A stretch of 64,000 nucleotides of DNA from Terriglobales bacterium. GTDB taxonomy: Bacteria; Acidobacteriota; Terriglobia; Terriglobales; Acidobacteriaceae. The DNA lies in assembly GCA_035652095.1 (NCBI GenBank), contig DASREM010000056.1:199070-263069 (forward strand), in the 5' to 3' direction. Under the pieces are notes generated by a model that made no database searches, was not told where the DNA came from, and saw only the letters and a program-made list of their open reading frames with translations. The position numbers and the translations under genes were made by a program. This document shows positions 1 to 8,306 of the stretch, piece by piece (position 1 is the stretch's first letter; each line of letters starts with the position of its first letter).

Positions 1-114
1 CGCTTTGCCGTCGTAGGCCTCCCCCGCGATTTCGAATTGATCCTGCAAGCTGGCGCGCACGCCGTCCAGGATTAACGCATGATCATCGCCCAGCAACACG
101 CGGATTCGCTTCAT
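1..114 (-). CDS. Response regulator, receiver-domain N-terminus (gene continues beyond window start)
   Basis: Reverse complement of 1-114 reads MKRIRVLLGDDHALILDGVRASLQDQFEIAGEAYDGKA, a typical NarL/FixJ-type receiver N-terminus with the DD acidic pair. It is divergent from the HisKA_3 kinase at 246. Not in the ORF track because it is truncated. Confidence 0.7.
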   Translation of the reverse strand, partial: MKRIRVLLGDDHALILDGVRASLQDQFEIAGEAYDGKA

Positions 115-245
115 GCGCAACTCCAGACCGCCTTTATCATACTTCTTCCTCGCGCAAGCTGAAACCGTCACCGTTTTGTATGTCGCAACTCTGAATTGTG
201 GCATCATCACTGCAAGGGTTCGTCTCATCCACGTTTGGGGAGCTT

Positions 246-1988
246 ATGACAGTGCAAAGGGAGCATATGGCCAATCCTGCCGGCGTGCGCGATTCTTTAT
301 TACGGCGCTCTCTGATCTGGAGCCTGGTGGGGATAGTCACGATTGTGTTGATCGCCATCAGCGGGTTCAGCACTCTTCAACAAGTCGATCGCTTCGACTT
401 CTGGCTTGATCATAGCCGCGTAGTGATCGGGAATATCAAGAATCTGCAGACCGACCTGACCAAGGCGGAGAGCGCCGAGCGAGGGTACCTGCTCACCGGT
501 TTGGACCGTTATCTTGACCCTTTCCATGTCGCCGAGTCGGAAATGTTTGCCAGCTTTGCCAAGTTGAAGGGTCTTACCGCCGACAATCCGGGTCAGCAGG
601 AACGCCTGGACCGGCTCGAACCCCTGATGCGCGCGCGAATGAGCGTCATGAACGACATCATTAAACTGCGCGCGACCTCCGGTCTGCGCCCCGCCCTGGA
701 TCTGATATTACCGGGACGGGGGGACGAAATGACGAGACAAGTCCGGGAACTGGCCCAAGAGGTGGAGGACGAAGAATACCGGCTTCTCGGGGAGCGCAGC
801 CGTAACCGTCAGAAATGGCTTCGCCTGGGATTTATCGGAACCTTGCTGGCAGCAACCCTGGCCATGGTCGCCATGATTACCGCCCCTTTTGATGTGCGCC
901 GGGCTATCCTGCAGCGCGAACTGGCAGCCGAGAAGTTGCGGGCGGCTGAGTCCCGGGCCCACGCTTTGTTCGAGTCGGCGGCGCAGGGAATCTTCGTTGC
1001 GGACCGTGAGGGTCGTATCGTGATGGCGAACCCCGCCATGACCACGATCTTCGGGTATTCTCCCGAAGAATTGCAGACCATGAAGGTCGAGCAACTGGTG
1101 CCGGAGAGCTTACGCCGTCGTCACGTCGGCCTTCGTGATCAGTATTTTCACAATCCTCAAAGTCGCCCTATGGGGCTTGGGATGGATCTGCAGGCGTGTC
1201 GCAAAGATGGCTCCAACTTCTATGCCGAGATCAGCCTGAGTCACATCGAAACCGCGACCGGAACCATGGCCGTGGTTTTCGTTACTGACATTTCCAAGCG
1301 CCGCGCCGACGAACAAGCGATTTTGCAACAACGTGCCGACTTGCGCGGCCTGGCAGGGAAGCTCATGACCGCCCAGGACGACGAGCGTCGCAGGATCGCG
1401 AGAAACTTGCACGACGACCTGTCACAAAAATTAGCTTATCTCTCGATTGACCTGGGGAAACTCGCGATGCGGCCGCTGGAGCGGGAGGTTGTCGATCACG
1501 TGCGCGGCCTGCAGCACCGTGCGGCTGAAGCCGGGGAAACCGTCCGTGCCATCTCCCACGAACTGCATCCCTCGGTTTTGGATGACATAGGGCTGGAAGC
1601 CGCTCTGGAGCAATATTGCGAAGAGTTCCAGGGCCGCACCGGTATCGAAACTACGTTCCATGTCGGCAATCTCCCCCCGCACATCCCTCGACAAGTGGCG
1701 AACTCTCTCTATCACATCGGACAGGAATGTTTGCGTAACGTGGCAAAGCATTCTCGGGCTGAGAAGGCCAGCGTTACCTTGTCGGTAAGCGGCAACATCA
1801 TGCGCCTGGAAGTGGATGATCGAGGGATCGGCATGAAAAGCGAACCCAGGGCTGGTTCTTCTTTGGGCCTGGTCGCGATGAAAGAACGTGCACACCTGGT
1901 GAATGGAAGCGTTGCCGTCGCGTCTCGCGAAGGAGAGGGCACCAAGGTAATTGTAGAGATTCCTCTTGAGGAGAATGGCCAGGGGTAG
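246..1988 (+). CDS. Sensor histidine kinase (CHASE3-like periplasmic domain, TM, PAS, HisKA_3, HATPase_c)
   Basis: ORF 198..1988. I prefer the ATG at 246, preceded by GGGGAG. ERGYLLTG-type CHASE3 signature, then a TM segment. PAS-like block (GIFVADREGRIVMANPAM...FGYSPEEL). H-box RRRIARNLHDDLSQ. G-box DDRGIGM...SLGLVAMKERA. Confidence 0.85.
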   Translation: MTVQREHMANPAGVRDSLLRRSLIWSLVGIVTIVLIAISGFSTLQQVDRFDFWLDHSRVVIGNIKNLQTDLTKAESAERGYLLTGLDRYLDPFHVAESEMFASFAKLKGLTADNPGQQERLDRLEPLMRARMSVMNDIIKLRATSGLRPALDLILPGRGDEMTRQVRELAQEVEDEEYRLLGERSRNRQKWLRLGFIGTLLAATLAMVAMITAPFDVRRAILQRELAAEKLRAAESRAHALFESAAQGIFVADREGRIVMANPAMTTIFGYSPEELQTMKVEQLVPESLRRRHVGLRDQYFHNPQSRPMGLGMDLQACRKDGSNFYAEISLSHIETATGTMAVVFVTDISKRRADEQAILQQRADLRGLAGKLMTAQDDERRRIARNLHDDLSQKLAYLSIDLGKLAMRPLEREVVDHVRGLQHRAAEAGETVRAISHELHPSVLDDIGLEAALEQYCEEFQGRTGIETTFHVGNLPPHIPRQVANSLYHIGQECLRNVAKHSRAEKASVTLSVSGNIMRLEVDDRGIGMKSEPRAGSSLGLVAMKERAHLVNGSVAVASREGEGTKVIVEIPLEENGQG

Positions 1989-2140
1989 TCATTCAGGGTC
2001 TCCAGAACCAGCGGCAGCTCCCGACTGCTCGCCAGATGTCACTCGCACAAACTCTTCTTTTCCTGCCGCATCGAATCTCCCCCAACCTGCGAGGGTTTTT
2101 CGACGGGGGTTTGAGCGGTGAGTAGTTACGAGGAGAGTGT

Positions 2141-3292
2141 ATGCAGCCTGTATCGAGAACTCAGTTCCATCGGAATCGCTTTGGACGGCGTGCGTTGCTG
2201 AAAGGGGCCGCCGGCGCATTCATCGGAGCCTCAGCTCTACATCTCGGAGCGGAAGCCGCCATTGCGGAAAGGTCGAGCCCGGAAGACCAGAACAATCACT
2301 CCGGCCATCTGCGCAAACGAATGTTGGGATTCATGCTTCCGCACGAACAATTTACGATTCCGCAGTTGCTTGAGTTCGGGACTGCCGCAGAGCAAGCCGG
2401 GTTCGACCTGCTGGCGACCAGCGATCACTTCCAGCCCTGGCAGTCGAACGAAGGGCATGCCGGTGAAGCTTGGGTCACCATGGGTGCCCTCGGTGTGCGT
2501 ACCCGGCGGGCCTGGATTGGTCCTACTGTCACCTGCCCGACCTTCCGCTACAACCCGGCAGTGGTAGCGCAGGCATTCGCCTCACTTAACCTTCTCTGCC
2601 CGGGCCGGATCTTTCTCGGAATTGGTTCCGGAGAAGCTCTAAACGAAGAAGCTGCCACCGGCACCTGGCCAAAATGGGAGGAGCGTTCCGAGCGGCTCAT
2701 TGAAGCCACCGATCTCATCCGCCAGCTTTGGACTGGACAACTCGTTGATCATAAGGGCAAGTATTACACCGTACATGCGAAGTTGTTCGATCCGCCGGTC
2801 AGGCCCATTCCTTTGTTGATGGCGGCCAATGGCCCCAAGGCGATGCGACGTGCGGGTCAGTATGCCGACGGTCTAGTGACCGATCCTAAGACCTGGAAAC
2901 AACATAAGGCAGAATTTATTGCCGGGGCCAAGGCCGCAGGCAAAGATCCCGGCAATATGCCTGTCCTGGTGGAGCAATACGTGGTCGTGGGCGACAGGAA
3001 AGAAGCCGAGGCCGCGGCCGAGCTATGGCGCTTCGGGCCGAAAGCGTTCAAGAGCTACTACAACATTCGAGATCCGCAGACGATTCAGCAGCGCGCCGAT
3101 TCAGAGGTCCCGCTGGAAGAGGTGTATGGCGACTGGCCGGTGAGTACCGATCCCGCCGCACACATCAAAGTTGTGAACGAATTGTTCGAGAGCGGCGCCA
3201 GCATCGTGAACATCCATAGCGGTCAGGCAGATCAGAAGCGAGTCAGTGACTTCTATGCGAGAGCCGTAGTTCCGCAAATCAAGCGGACCTGA
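2141..3292 (+). CDS. Luciferase-like monooxygenase (LLM) class oxidoreductase, F420-dependent G6PDH-like subfamily, with twin-arginine signal peptide
   Basis: N-terminus FGRRALLKGAAGAFIGASAL is a Tat motif. The body (MLPHEQF...LATSDHFQPW...GIGSGEALNE) matches my memory of the LLM/F420-dependent oxidoreductase family. GAGGAGAG SD lies 4 nt upstream of the ATG. Confidence 0.7.
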   Translation: MQPVSRTQFHRNRFGRRALLKGAAGAFIGASALHLGAEAAIAERSSPEDQNNHSGHLRKRMLGFMLPHEQFTIPQLLEFGTAAEQAGFDLLATSDHFQPWQSNEGHAGEAWVTMGALGVRTRRAWIGPTVTCPTFRYNPAVVAQAFASLNLLCPGRIFLGIGSGEALNEEAATGTWPKWEERSERLIEATDLIRQLWTGQLVDHKGKYYTVHAKLFDPPVRPIPLLMAANGPKAMRRAGQYADGLVTDPKTWKQHKAEFIAGAKAAGKDPGNMPVLVEQYVVVGDRKEAEAAAELWRFGPKAFKSYYNIRDPQTIQQRADSEVPLEEVYGDWPVSTDPAAHIKVVNELFESGASIVNIHSGQADQKRVSDFYARAVVPQIKRT

Positions 3293-3413
3293 CGCTGGCC
3301 AGAGTGCGATCTTGCATTCATACCATGCAGCACCGGTGCGCCTTTCTTCATCTGAAAAGTGCGGCAGGGAAATGAGCCCTGTGGATCGCCAAACTTTCTT
3401 TCGAGGATTTGCC

Positions 3414-3923
3414 ATGAAGACAGAACGACTGCAGGACCTCTTCGAACTCGGGCTTTGCTACATCAACGACTGTGAGACAAAGCTGGTCAAAAAAGGCTTG
3501 CCGGCCATGATTGATGCTGCTTCCTCGCCTGAGCTGCGGCAGGCGCTTGAACAACACCTGCGAGAGACCCAGAACCAGGTTATGCGACTGCAGCAGGTGT
3601 TCTCGATTATCGGTAAAGAACCCGACACCGAAGACAATGACATCGTGGACGAGATGACTAAGGCCGCCGAGAAGAAGATCAAGAACATCGATGCTTCGCC
3701 ATTGCGTGATGCCGCCCTTATCGAATCTGGGAATGTTGTTGAACACTACGAGATTGCAACCTACGGGTCTCTAATCGCATGGGCTCGGCAACTGGGCTTC
3801 AGCGAGGCAGCTACTTTATTGCAACAGACGTTGGATGAGGAAGAAACGGCCGATGAGAAGTTGACCGCTTTGGGAGAGAAGGTGATCAATCCCACCGCGG
3901 CCCAACACCTTCGGGCTGCGTAG
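3414..3923 (+). CDS. DUF892 / YciE-YciF ferritin-like stress protein
   Basis: ORF 3312..3923. Internal ATG at 3414 preceded by GAGGA. MKTERLQDLFELGLCYINDCETKLVK...VEHYEIATYGSLIAWA is characteristic of the DUF892 family. Confidence 0.7.
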   Translation: MKTERLQDLFELGLCYINDCETKLVKKGLPAMIDAASSPELRQALEQHLRETQNQVMRLQQVFSIIGKEPDTEDNDIVDEMTKAAEKKIKNIDASPLRDAALIESGNVVEHYEIATYGSLIAWARQLGFSEAATLLQQTLDEEETADEKLTALGEKVINPTAAQHLRAA

Positions 3924-3941
3924 GGCAACGACTGACGGAAG

Positions 3942-3972
3942 CGTGGCGGGGTTTCCCGCCACGTGAGATTTT
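3942..3972 (+). terminator. Rho-independent terminator between convergent genes
   Basis: Perfect 9-bp stem CGTGGCGGG / CCCGCCACG with GTTT loop, followed by TGAGATTTTCAG. It lies 19 nt after the DUF892 stop codon. Confidence 0.6.
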
Positions 3973-4286
3973 CAGTTCTCTTTGACCAGCTTAGCTTTCT
4001 TTGCCAGTGCGTGCTCTTCACGGAAGAGTCGAGCCACATCCCCAAGAGGCATTACGTAAGTAACCTGCTGCGGTGCTTCCCACAGCGGCCGCTCGCCCTT
4101 CGCCGAGGTGAGACTGGACGATTCCAGCAGGTTCTCCTCTCGTGAGAGAGCCTGCTGCGTGGCGCGTTGGGGATGGCTCGGAACACTCATTACTTGCGGT
4201 TGGCTGCTAAGCACCGCTCCCACCTGTGCTGTAGTTGCGCCGATACCGAACAGGAACAGACAAGATAAAGCCAAAACGTACTTCAT
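3972..4286 (-). CDS. Small secreted hypothetical protein
   Basis: ORF 3972..4325. Start placed at MKYVLALSCLFLFGIGATTAQ (signal peptide) with a GGGAGG SD upstream. No recognisable domain. Confidence 0.45.
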   Translation of the reverse strand: MKYVLALSCLFLFGIGATTAQVGAVLSSQPQVMSVPSHPQRATQQALSREENLLESSSLTSAKGERPLWEAPQQVTYVMPLGDVARLFREEHALAKKAKLVKEN

Positions 4287-4516
4287 ACATCCCTCCCAGA
4301 GTCCCTGAAAATCTCCTGCGGGCACGTTTCATGACTACGCGAATCAAAAGTCCGGCGTGAACAGGCTGGGAAAATGCACGTCTCTGACCAAAGCTTGGCG
4401 ATCAGCAACATTGCTCTACGCGACTCCGGCGATCGCGGGGTGCAATCATTTGCATAGTTTTGGCACGACCTTGGATTTGCCCTGCATCACGATATCCTGT
4501 AGGAGTTCCTTTTCCC

Positions 4517-5122
4517 ATGGTTGAGCTCATTCCACTGCCCGGCGCAGAGTTGTACTATGACGCGGATTTCCTGGCCGCGGACGAGGCCAGCGCCTTTCTG
4601 CAATCCTTGCTGAACCGCTGCAAGTGGGCGCGACGGAATACCTCTTTTGGGTATCCTGTCCCTCGCGATGAAGCCTATTACGGCGATCCCGAAACTCAGT
4701 ACACCTACTCCAGGCGGCAGTATTCCCCGTTACCATGGTTACCGGAATTGCTTGAGCTCAAACGCCGGGTTGAAGAGGCAACTCCGCCGAGTGCATATCG
4801 GGAGATCGGACTCGACCGGCGCGGATACAACGCCGTCCTCTGCAACCTGTACAAAAACGGAAACGACAGTGTTGGACTGCACGCCGATGCCGAACCCGAG
4901 ATGGGGCCTGTGATTGCCTCCGTCAGTCTCGGTGAGCCGCGCCTATTTCGGCTGAAACACAAAACTGCCCCGCTGATTTTCTCCAGAACACTTCCTCACG
5001 GTAGCCTTCTGATTATGGCAGGGGATACACAATTGAATTTCAAGCATGAGGTTCCCAAACAGCCGCAGGTGAGCGGGCCCCGTATTAATCTTACTTTCCG
5101 TCGAATTCATCACCACGTGTGA
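4517..5122 (+). CDS. alkB: Alpha-ketoglutarate/Fe(II)-dependent dioxygenase AlkB (alkylated DNA repair)
   Basis: ORF 4460..5122. ATG at 4517 follows AGGAG. NAVLCNLYKNGNDSVGLHADAE (HxD iron ligands), HEVPK and RINLTFRRI are AlkB/2OG-Fe(II) oxygenase hallmarks. Confidence 0.8.
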   Translation: MVELIPLPGAELYYDADFLAADEASAFLQSLLNRCKWARRNTSFGYPVPRDEAYYGDPETQYTYSRRQYSPLPWLPELLELKRRVEEATPPSAYREIGLDRRGYNAVLCNLYKNGNDSVGLHADAEPEMGPVIASVSLGEPRLFRLKHKTAPLIFSRTLPHGSLLIMAGDTQLNFKHEVPKQPQVSGPRINLTFRRIHHHV

Positions 5123-5134
5123 AGCGCGCCAGGC

Positions 5135-6364
5135 TCACTTCGTTGCCAATCCGCTTTTCACAGGAACCGCAGTTCGTGAAAACACTGTCCCGTGCGGATA
5201 GGCGTCCCCCTTAAAACCGTGCGGCCACGCCTTGCCGTCCATGCTGACTCCGGGGCGGTCGCTTCCCGGATCACGAAACCGGTTATCGATCTTCAATGCC
5301 CCGTTTTCAGGGTCGAAGCTGAGCATGAACAAGCGATGCTCGCCATATTCGCCGGAATTCAGAATGATGCGACGATTGTCGGGGTCGGTCGCGATCCAAT
5401 GCGGCTTCTGCTTATCGTCAAAGGTGATGCGCGACACTTCTCGGATCTTACCCAGGTCGGAAATGTCGTAGGCAGCCAGTGCGTGCGCGGAGAACAGGGT
5501 TTGCACCCAATAGCGACCGATGCGCAGCGGCACCGCGCAAATCTCGCCATCGAACGTATTCACATGACGGACGGAAGGGTGATCCGTCTCTAGGCCCTGC
5601 AACTGGTACAGCCCGCAGTTGAATGTGTGAATGAGTACTGTCTTGCCATCGTCGAGAAGACGCGGTTCGCCTGGCGCATCCTGCTCCGATCCACGAGGAC
5701 CGGGGGGCAGCACCATGGTGCGCAAAAGCTTCAGGTTCGACAGCCGCCAGATCTGAATCGTGCGGGTTTCGCCGTCGGTCTTGAAATGCATGGATGTATT
5801 CGTGCTCACGACACGGTCGAGGGCCGGCAGAACGACGAGGCTATACGGCCGAATGAGTTCGCTTTTCGCAGCCTGATCCATGGCGCTGCCGCTGCGGATC
5901 AGGTGGCCGCGCTCGTCGAACTCGACCAATCCTCCGCCCTCGCTTTTCGGTTCGTGACCTCCGTGATACTGAAACGTTGCCAGCACGCGGCCGTTGCTGA
6001 GGCGCACATAGGTGTGCGGGTGCATGTATCCACCCAGGTCGCCAAATGATGTGACCAGCGCAGGATGCTGCGGCTCGCGCAAGTCAAACAGCATGCTGCG
6101 TCCGCTTTCGAACGCATTGGCGAGCAGGAATCCGTCCTGTGACATCTCGCCTTCCGTATGATGGGGAGTTCCGCTCGGGCCGGGCACTGCGGCGGAAGCT
6201 ACGATCTCGCCATATCTGGCGGAGGCAGGATCGGCGTCGAGCACCGCAAGGAAATCACTGCTTTGCCTGTTATCGTCGCCTGCCCATACGAAAAGGTAGG
6301 ACCCGGGTTGCACATGTGTGCCCGCGCTCAGCAGCAAAAGAAAACCAACGAAGAGATTGCGCAT
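5135..6364 (-). CDS. Secreted beta-propeller protein, distantly selenium-binding-protein (SBP56)-like
   Basis: Signal peptide MRNLFVGFLLLLSAGTHV. YLFVWAGD...DFLAVLDADPASARYGEIV...HHTE resembles the SBP56/methanethiol-oxidase N-terminal region. The family call is from memory only. Confidence 0.4.
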   Translation of the reverse strand: MRNLFVGFLLLLSAGTHVQPGSYLFVWAGDDNRQSSDFLAVLDADPASARYGEIVASAAVPGPSGTPHHTEGEMSQDGFLLANAFESGRSMLFDLREPQHPALVTSFGDLGGYMHPHTYVRLSNGRVLATFQYHGGHEPKSEGGGLVEFDERGHLIRSGSAMDQAAKSELIRPYSLVVLPALDRVVSTNTSMHFKTDGETRTIQIWRLSNLKLLRTMVLPPGPRGSEQDAPGEPRLLDDGKTVLIHTFNCGLYQLQGLETDHPSVRHVNTFDGEICAVPLRIGRYWVQTLFSAHALAAYDISDLGKIREVSRITFDDKQKPHWIATDPDNRRIILNSGEYGEHRLFMLSFDPENGALKIDNRFRDPGSDRPGVSMDGKAWPHGFKGDAYPHGTVFSRTAVPVKSGLATK

Positions 6365-6408
6365 AGTGAGTCATTCTTCTGGCTTGTGAGCGGCTTGTCA
6401 AACGAGAG

Positions 6409-8244
6409 CTACTGTACCACGCATACGGTCACGCTTTGTTGCGGCGCGTCCATGTGCAGCGTCCTTTCCTGAATCTGACCCTGGCCGGGACCGAATATGC
6501 AATTCAGGCCCTTCGCGTTTTGCAGCGGGGTGTCGGCTAAAGGAAAGGTGACCGCCTGCTCTCCCTGTGGTTGATTGTTGAGCACTACAAGCAAACGGTC
6601 TCCGGTGGTTTCTCGAACAAACGCATAGCTGGTGTCATTCCAGCCGATGTTCGTATGCGTCCCCTTCCGCAATGCGGGATGTTCTCTTCGCAGCCGCAAT
6701 AGTGACGCGACATGCTGGAAGGCCTCCTGCTGTTCGGGAGTCCTGCCTGCCTCGGTAAACGCGTTTTGCGCATCTCCCGCAAAGCCTCCGGGGAAGTCAC
6801 GGCGATTGTCTGGATCCTCGCCGCCATCCATCGCAATCTCATCGCCCGCGTAAATCTCCGGTACCCCGCGCATCGTCAGGAGCAGCGAGAAGGCGGCCTC
6901 GAGCTTCTGCTTCGATCCTCCGGCATCCCGTAGCATACGGGTGCCGTCGTGATTGCCGATGAAAGTAACAAGCCGTTCAGCGCGTGGATAAAGGGAATCC
7001 TGCCGCAGGACGTCAACCAGGCGTTGTGCCGGCGCATGGTGATCGAGCACATCCCGTATCGCATAGTAAAGCGGAAAATCGAATACGGTGGTCACTCCCG
7101 AATCCACCCCATCAAACTGCGCTCGTCCGCCCTGAAAGAAAGACGTAATCGCCGGGTTGGAATCGGAAACCTCGCCCAGGCTGTAAAGATGCGGGAATAC
7201 GTTCCGCATCGCTTTATGCCATTCGCTCCAGGAGCGGCGGGAGGAGTACGGGAAGGTGTCAAGCCGGAAGCCGTCGAGTCCAGCAATTTCGGTCCACCAG
7301 AGCGCATTCTGGGTCAGGTATTGCTCGAGCAACGGATTGTCCGGATTCAGGTCGGGCAGTTTGTCCACGAACCATCCTTCCAGCACATTTCGATAATTGG
7401 CTGGACTGGCGTGCGGATCCACGAGACCGTTGAAGTTGTATTGCGCTGCCAGGTGGTGCTGAGGCGTTCCGTGAAGCCACCCTGCAATGGGCGGATCGTT
7501 GGCCCAGGGATCGTTCGGTCCGATGTGATTCACCACGTAGTCCATCAGCACCTTCAATCCCATTTTGTGGGCCGCCACGACCAGTTGCTGGTAATCGTGG
7601 AGCGATCCCATATGGTCGTCCACTCCGTAAAAATCGACGACATGATACCCGTGATAGTCGGAATCGGTGTTCTTCCACACCGGGGTAAGCCAGAGAGCGG
7701 TCACCCCGAGGTCGCGCAAGTAGGGCAGGTGATCCTGCACCCCTTTCAGGTCGCCACCGTGATAGACGCTGGCTTTCGACCGGTCATAGGTTCCGTTTGA
7801 GTTCGGAGGACGATTGTTGCCGGGATCGCCGTCTGCGAAGCGATCCGGCATGATCAGGTAGATCACGTCATCCGACGAAATCCCTGTGGGAGTAAAGCTC
7901 TTATTGCGGCTCAAAAGGGGGAATTTCACCGTAACTGCGCCCGAAGCGCTCCGCACTCGCAGCGGAACCTGTCCAGCGCGCGCGGATGCATTCACCTTTA
8001 ACCAAACGAACAGGTAGTGGTCGCTCGCACCTGACTGCGTACGAGTGATGGTGACGCCGGGATACGAGGTGCTGACGCCACCATCGTCCAGATTCTCTCC
8101 GGTAAGGAGAAGCATGACTTCCGGGGTAAATGAGGTCCACCAGTTGGGAGGATCAACTTTGGTTACGTGCGGCGCGTCGGCCGCCGTTGCGTTCAGACAT
8201 AAAAAAATAGCAACGATAATTGCAACACTGAGGTGGGTACGCAC
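6409..8244 (-). CDS. GH13 alpha-amylase family glycoside hydrolase (cyclomaltodextrinase/neopullulanase-like), secreted
   Basis: ORF 6409..8628 runs into the upstream gene. I place the start at the GTG at 8244 (AAGGA SD 7 nt upstream), giving signal peptide VRTHLSVAIIVAIFLCLNATAADA. GH13 conserved regions: DYVVNHIG, GFRLDTFPY, GEV, FIGNHD. Confidence 0.85.
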   Translation of the reverse strand: MRTHLSVAIIVAIFLCLNATAADAPHVTKVDPPNWWTSFTPEVMLLLTGENLDDGGVSTSYPGVTITRTQSGASDHYLFVWLKVNASARAGQVPLRVRSASGAVTVKFPLLSRNKSFTPTGISSDDVIYLIMPDRFADGDPGNNRPPNSNGTYDRSKASVYHGGDLKGVQDHLPYLRDLGVTALWLTPVWKNTDSDYHGYHVVDFYGVDDHMGSLHDYQQLVVAAHKMGLKVLMDYVVNHIGPNDPWANDPPIAGWLHGTPQHHLAAQYNFNGLVDPHASPANYRNVLEGWFVDKLPDLNPDNPLLEQYLTQNALWWTEIAGLDGFRLDTFPYSSRRSWSEWHKAMRNVFPHLYSLGEVSDSNPAITSFFQGGRAQFDGVDSGVTTVFDFPLYYAIRDVLDHHAPAQRLVDVLRQDSLYPRAERLVTFIGNHDGTRMLRDAGGSKQKLEAAFSLLLTMRGVPEIYAGDEIAMDGGEDPDNRRDFPGGFAGDAQNAFTEAGRTPEQQEAFQHVASLLRLRREHPALRKGTHTNIGWNDTSYAFVRETTGDRLLVVLNNQPQGEQAVTFPLADTPLQNAKGLNCIFGPGQGQIQERTLHMDAPQQSVTVCVVQ

Positions 8245-8306
8245 GGATGAGTCCTTTAGGACAGAGAAGAGAGGGGGACAAATTCTTGTCCCCCTGCTCG
8301 AGAAGG

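Noticed and set aside
4461-4476. TGGCACGACCTTGGAT upstream of alkB, which looks like a sigma-54 -24 box.
   Set aside because: The downstream element is TTGG rather than TTGC and is one nucleotide too close. alkB is not a known sigma-54 target. This is most likely a chance match.
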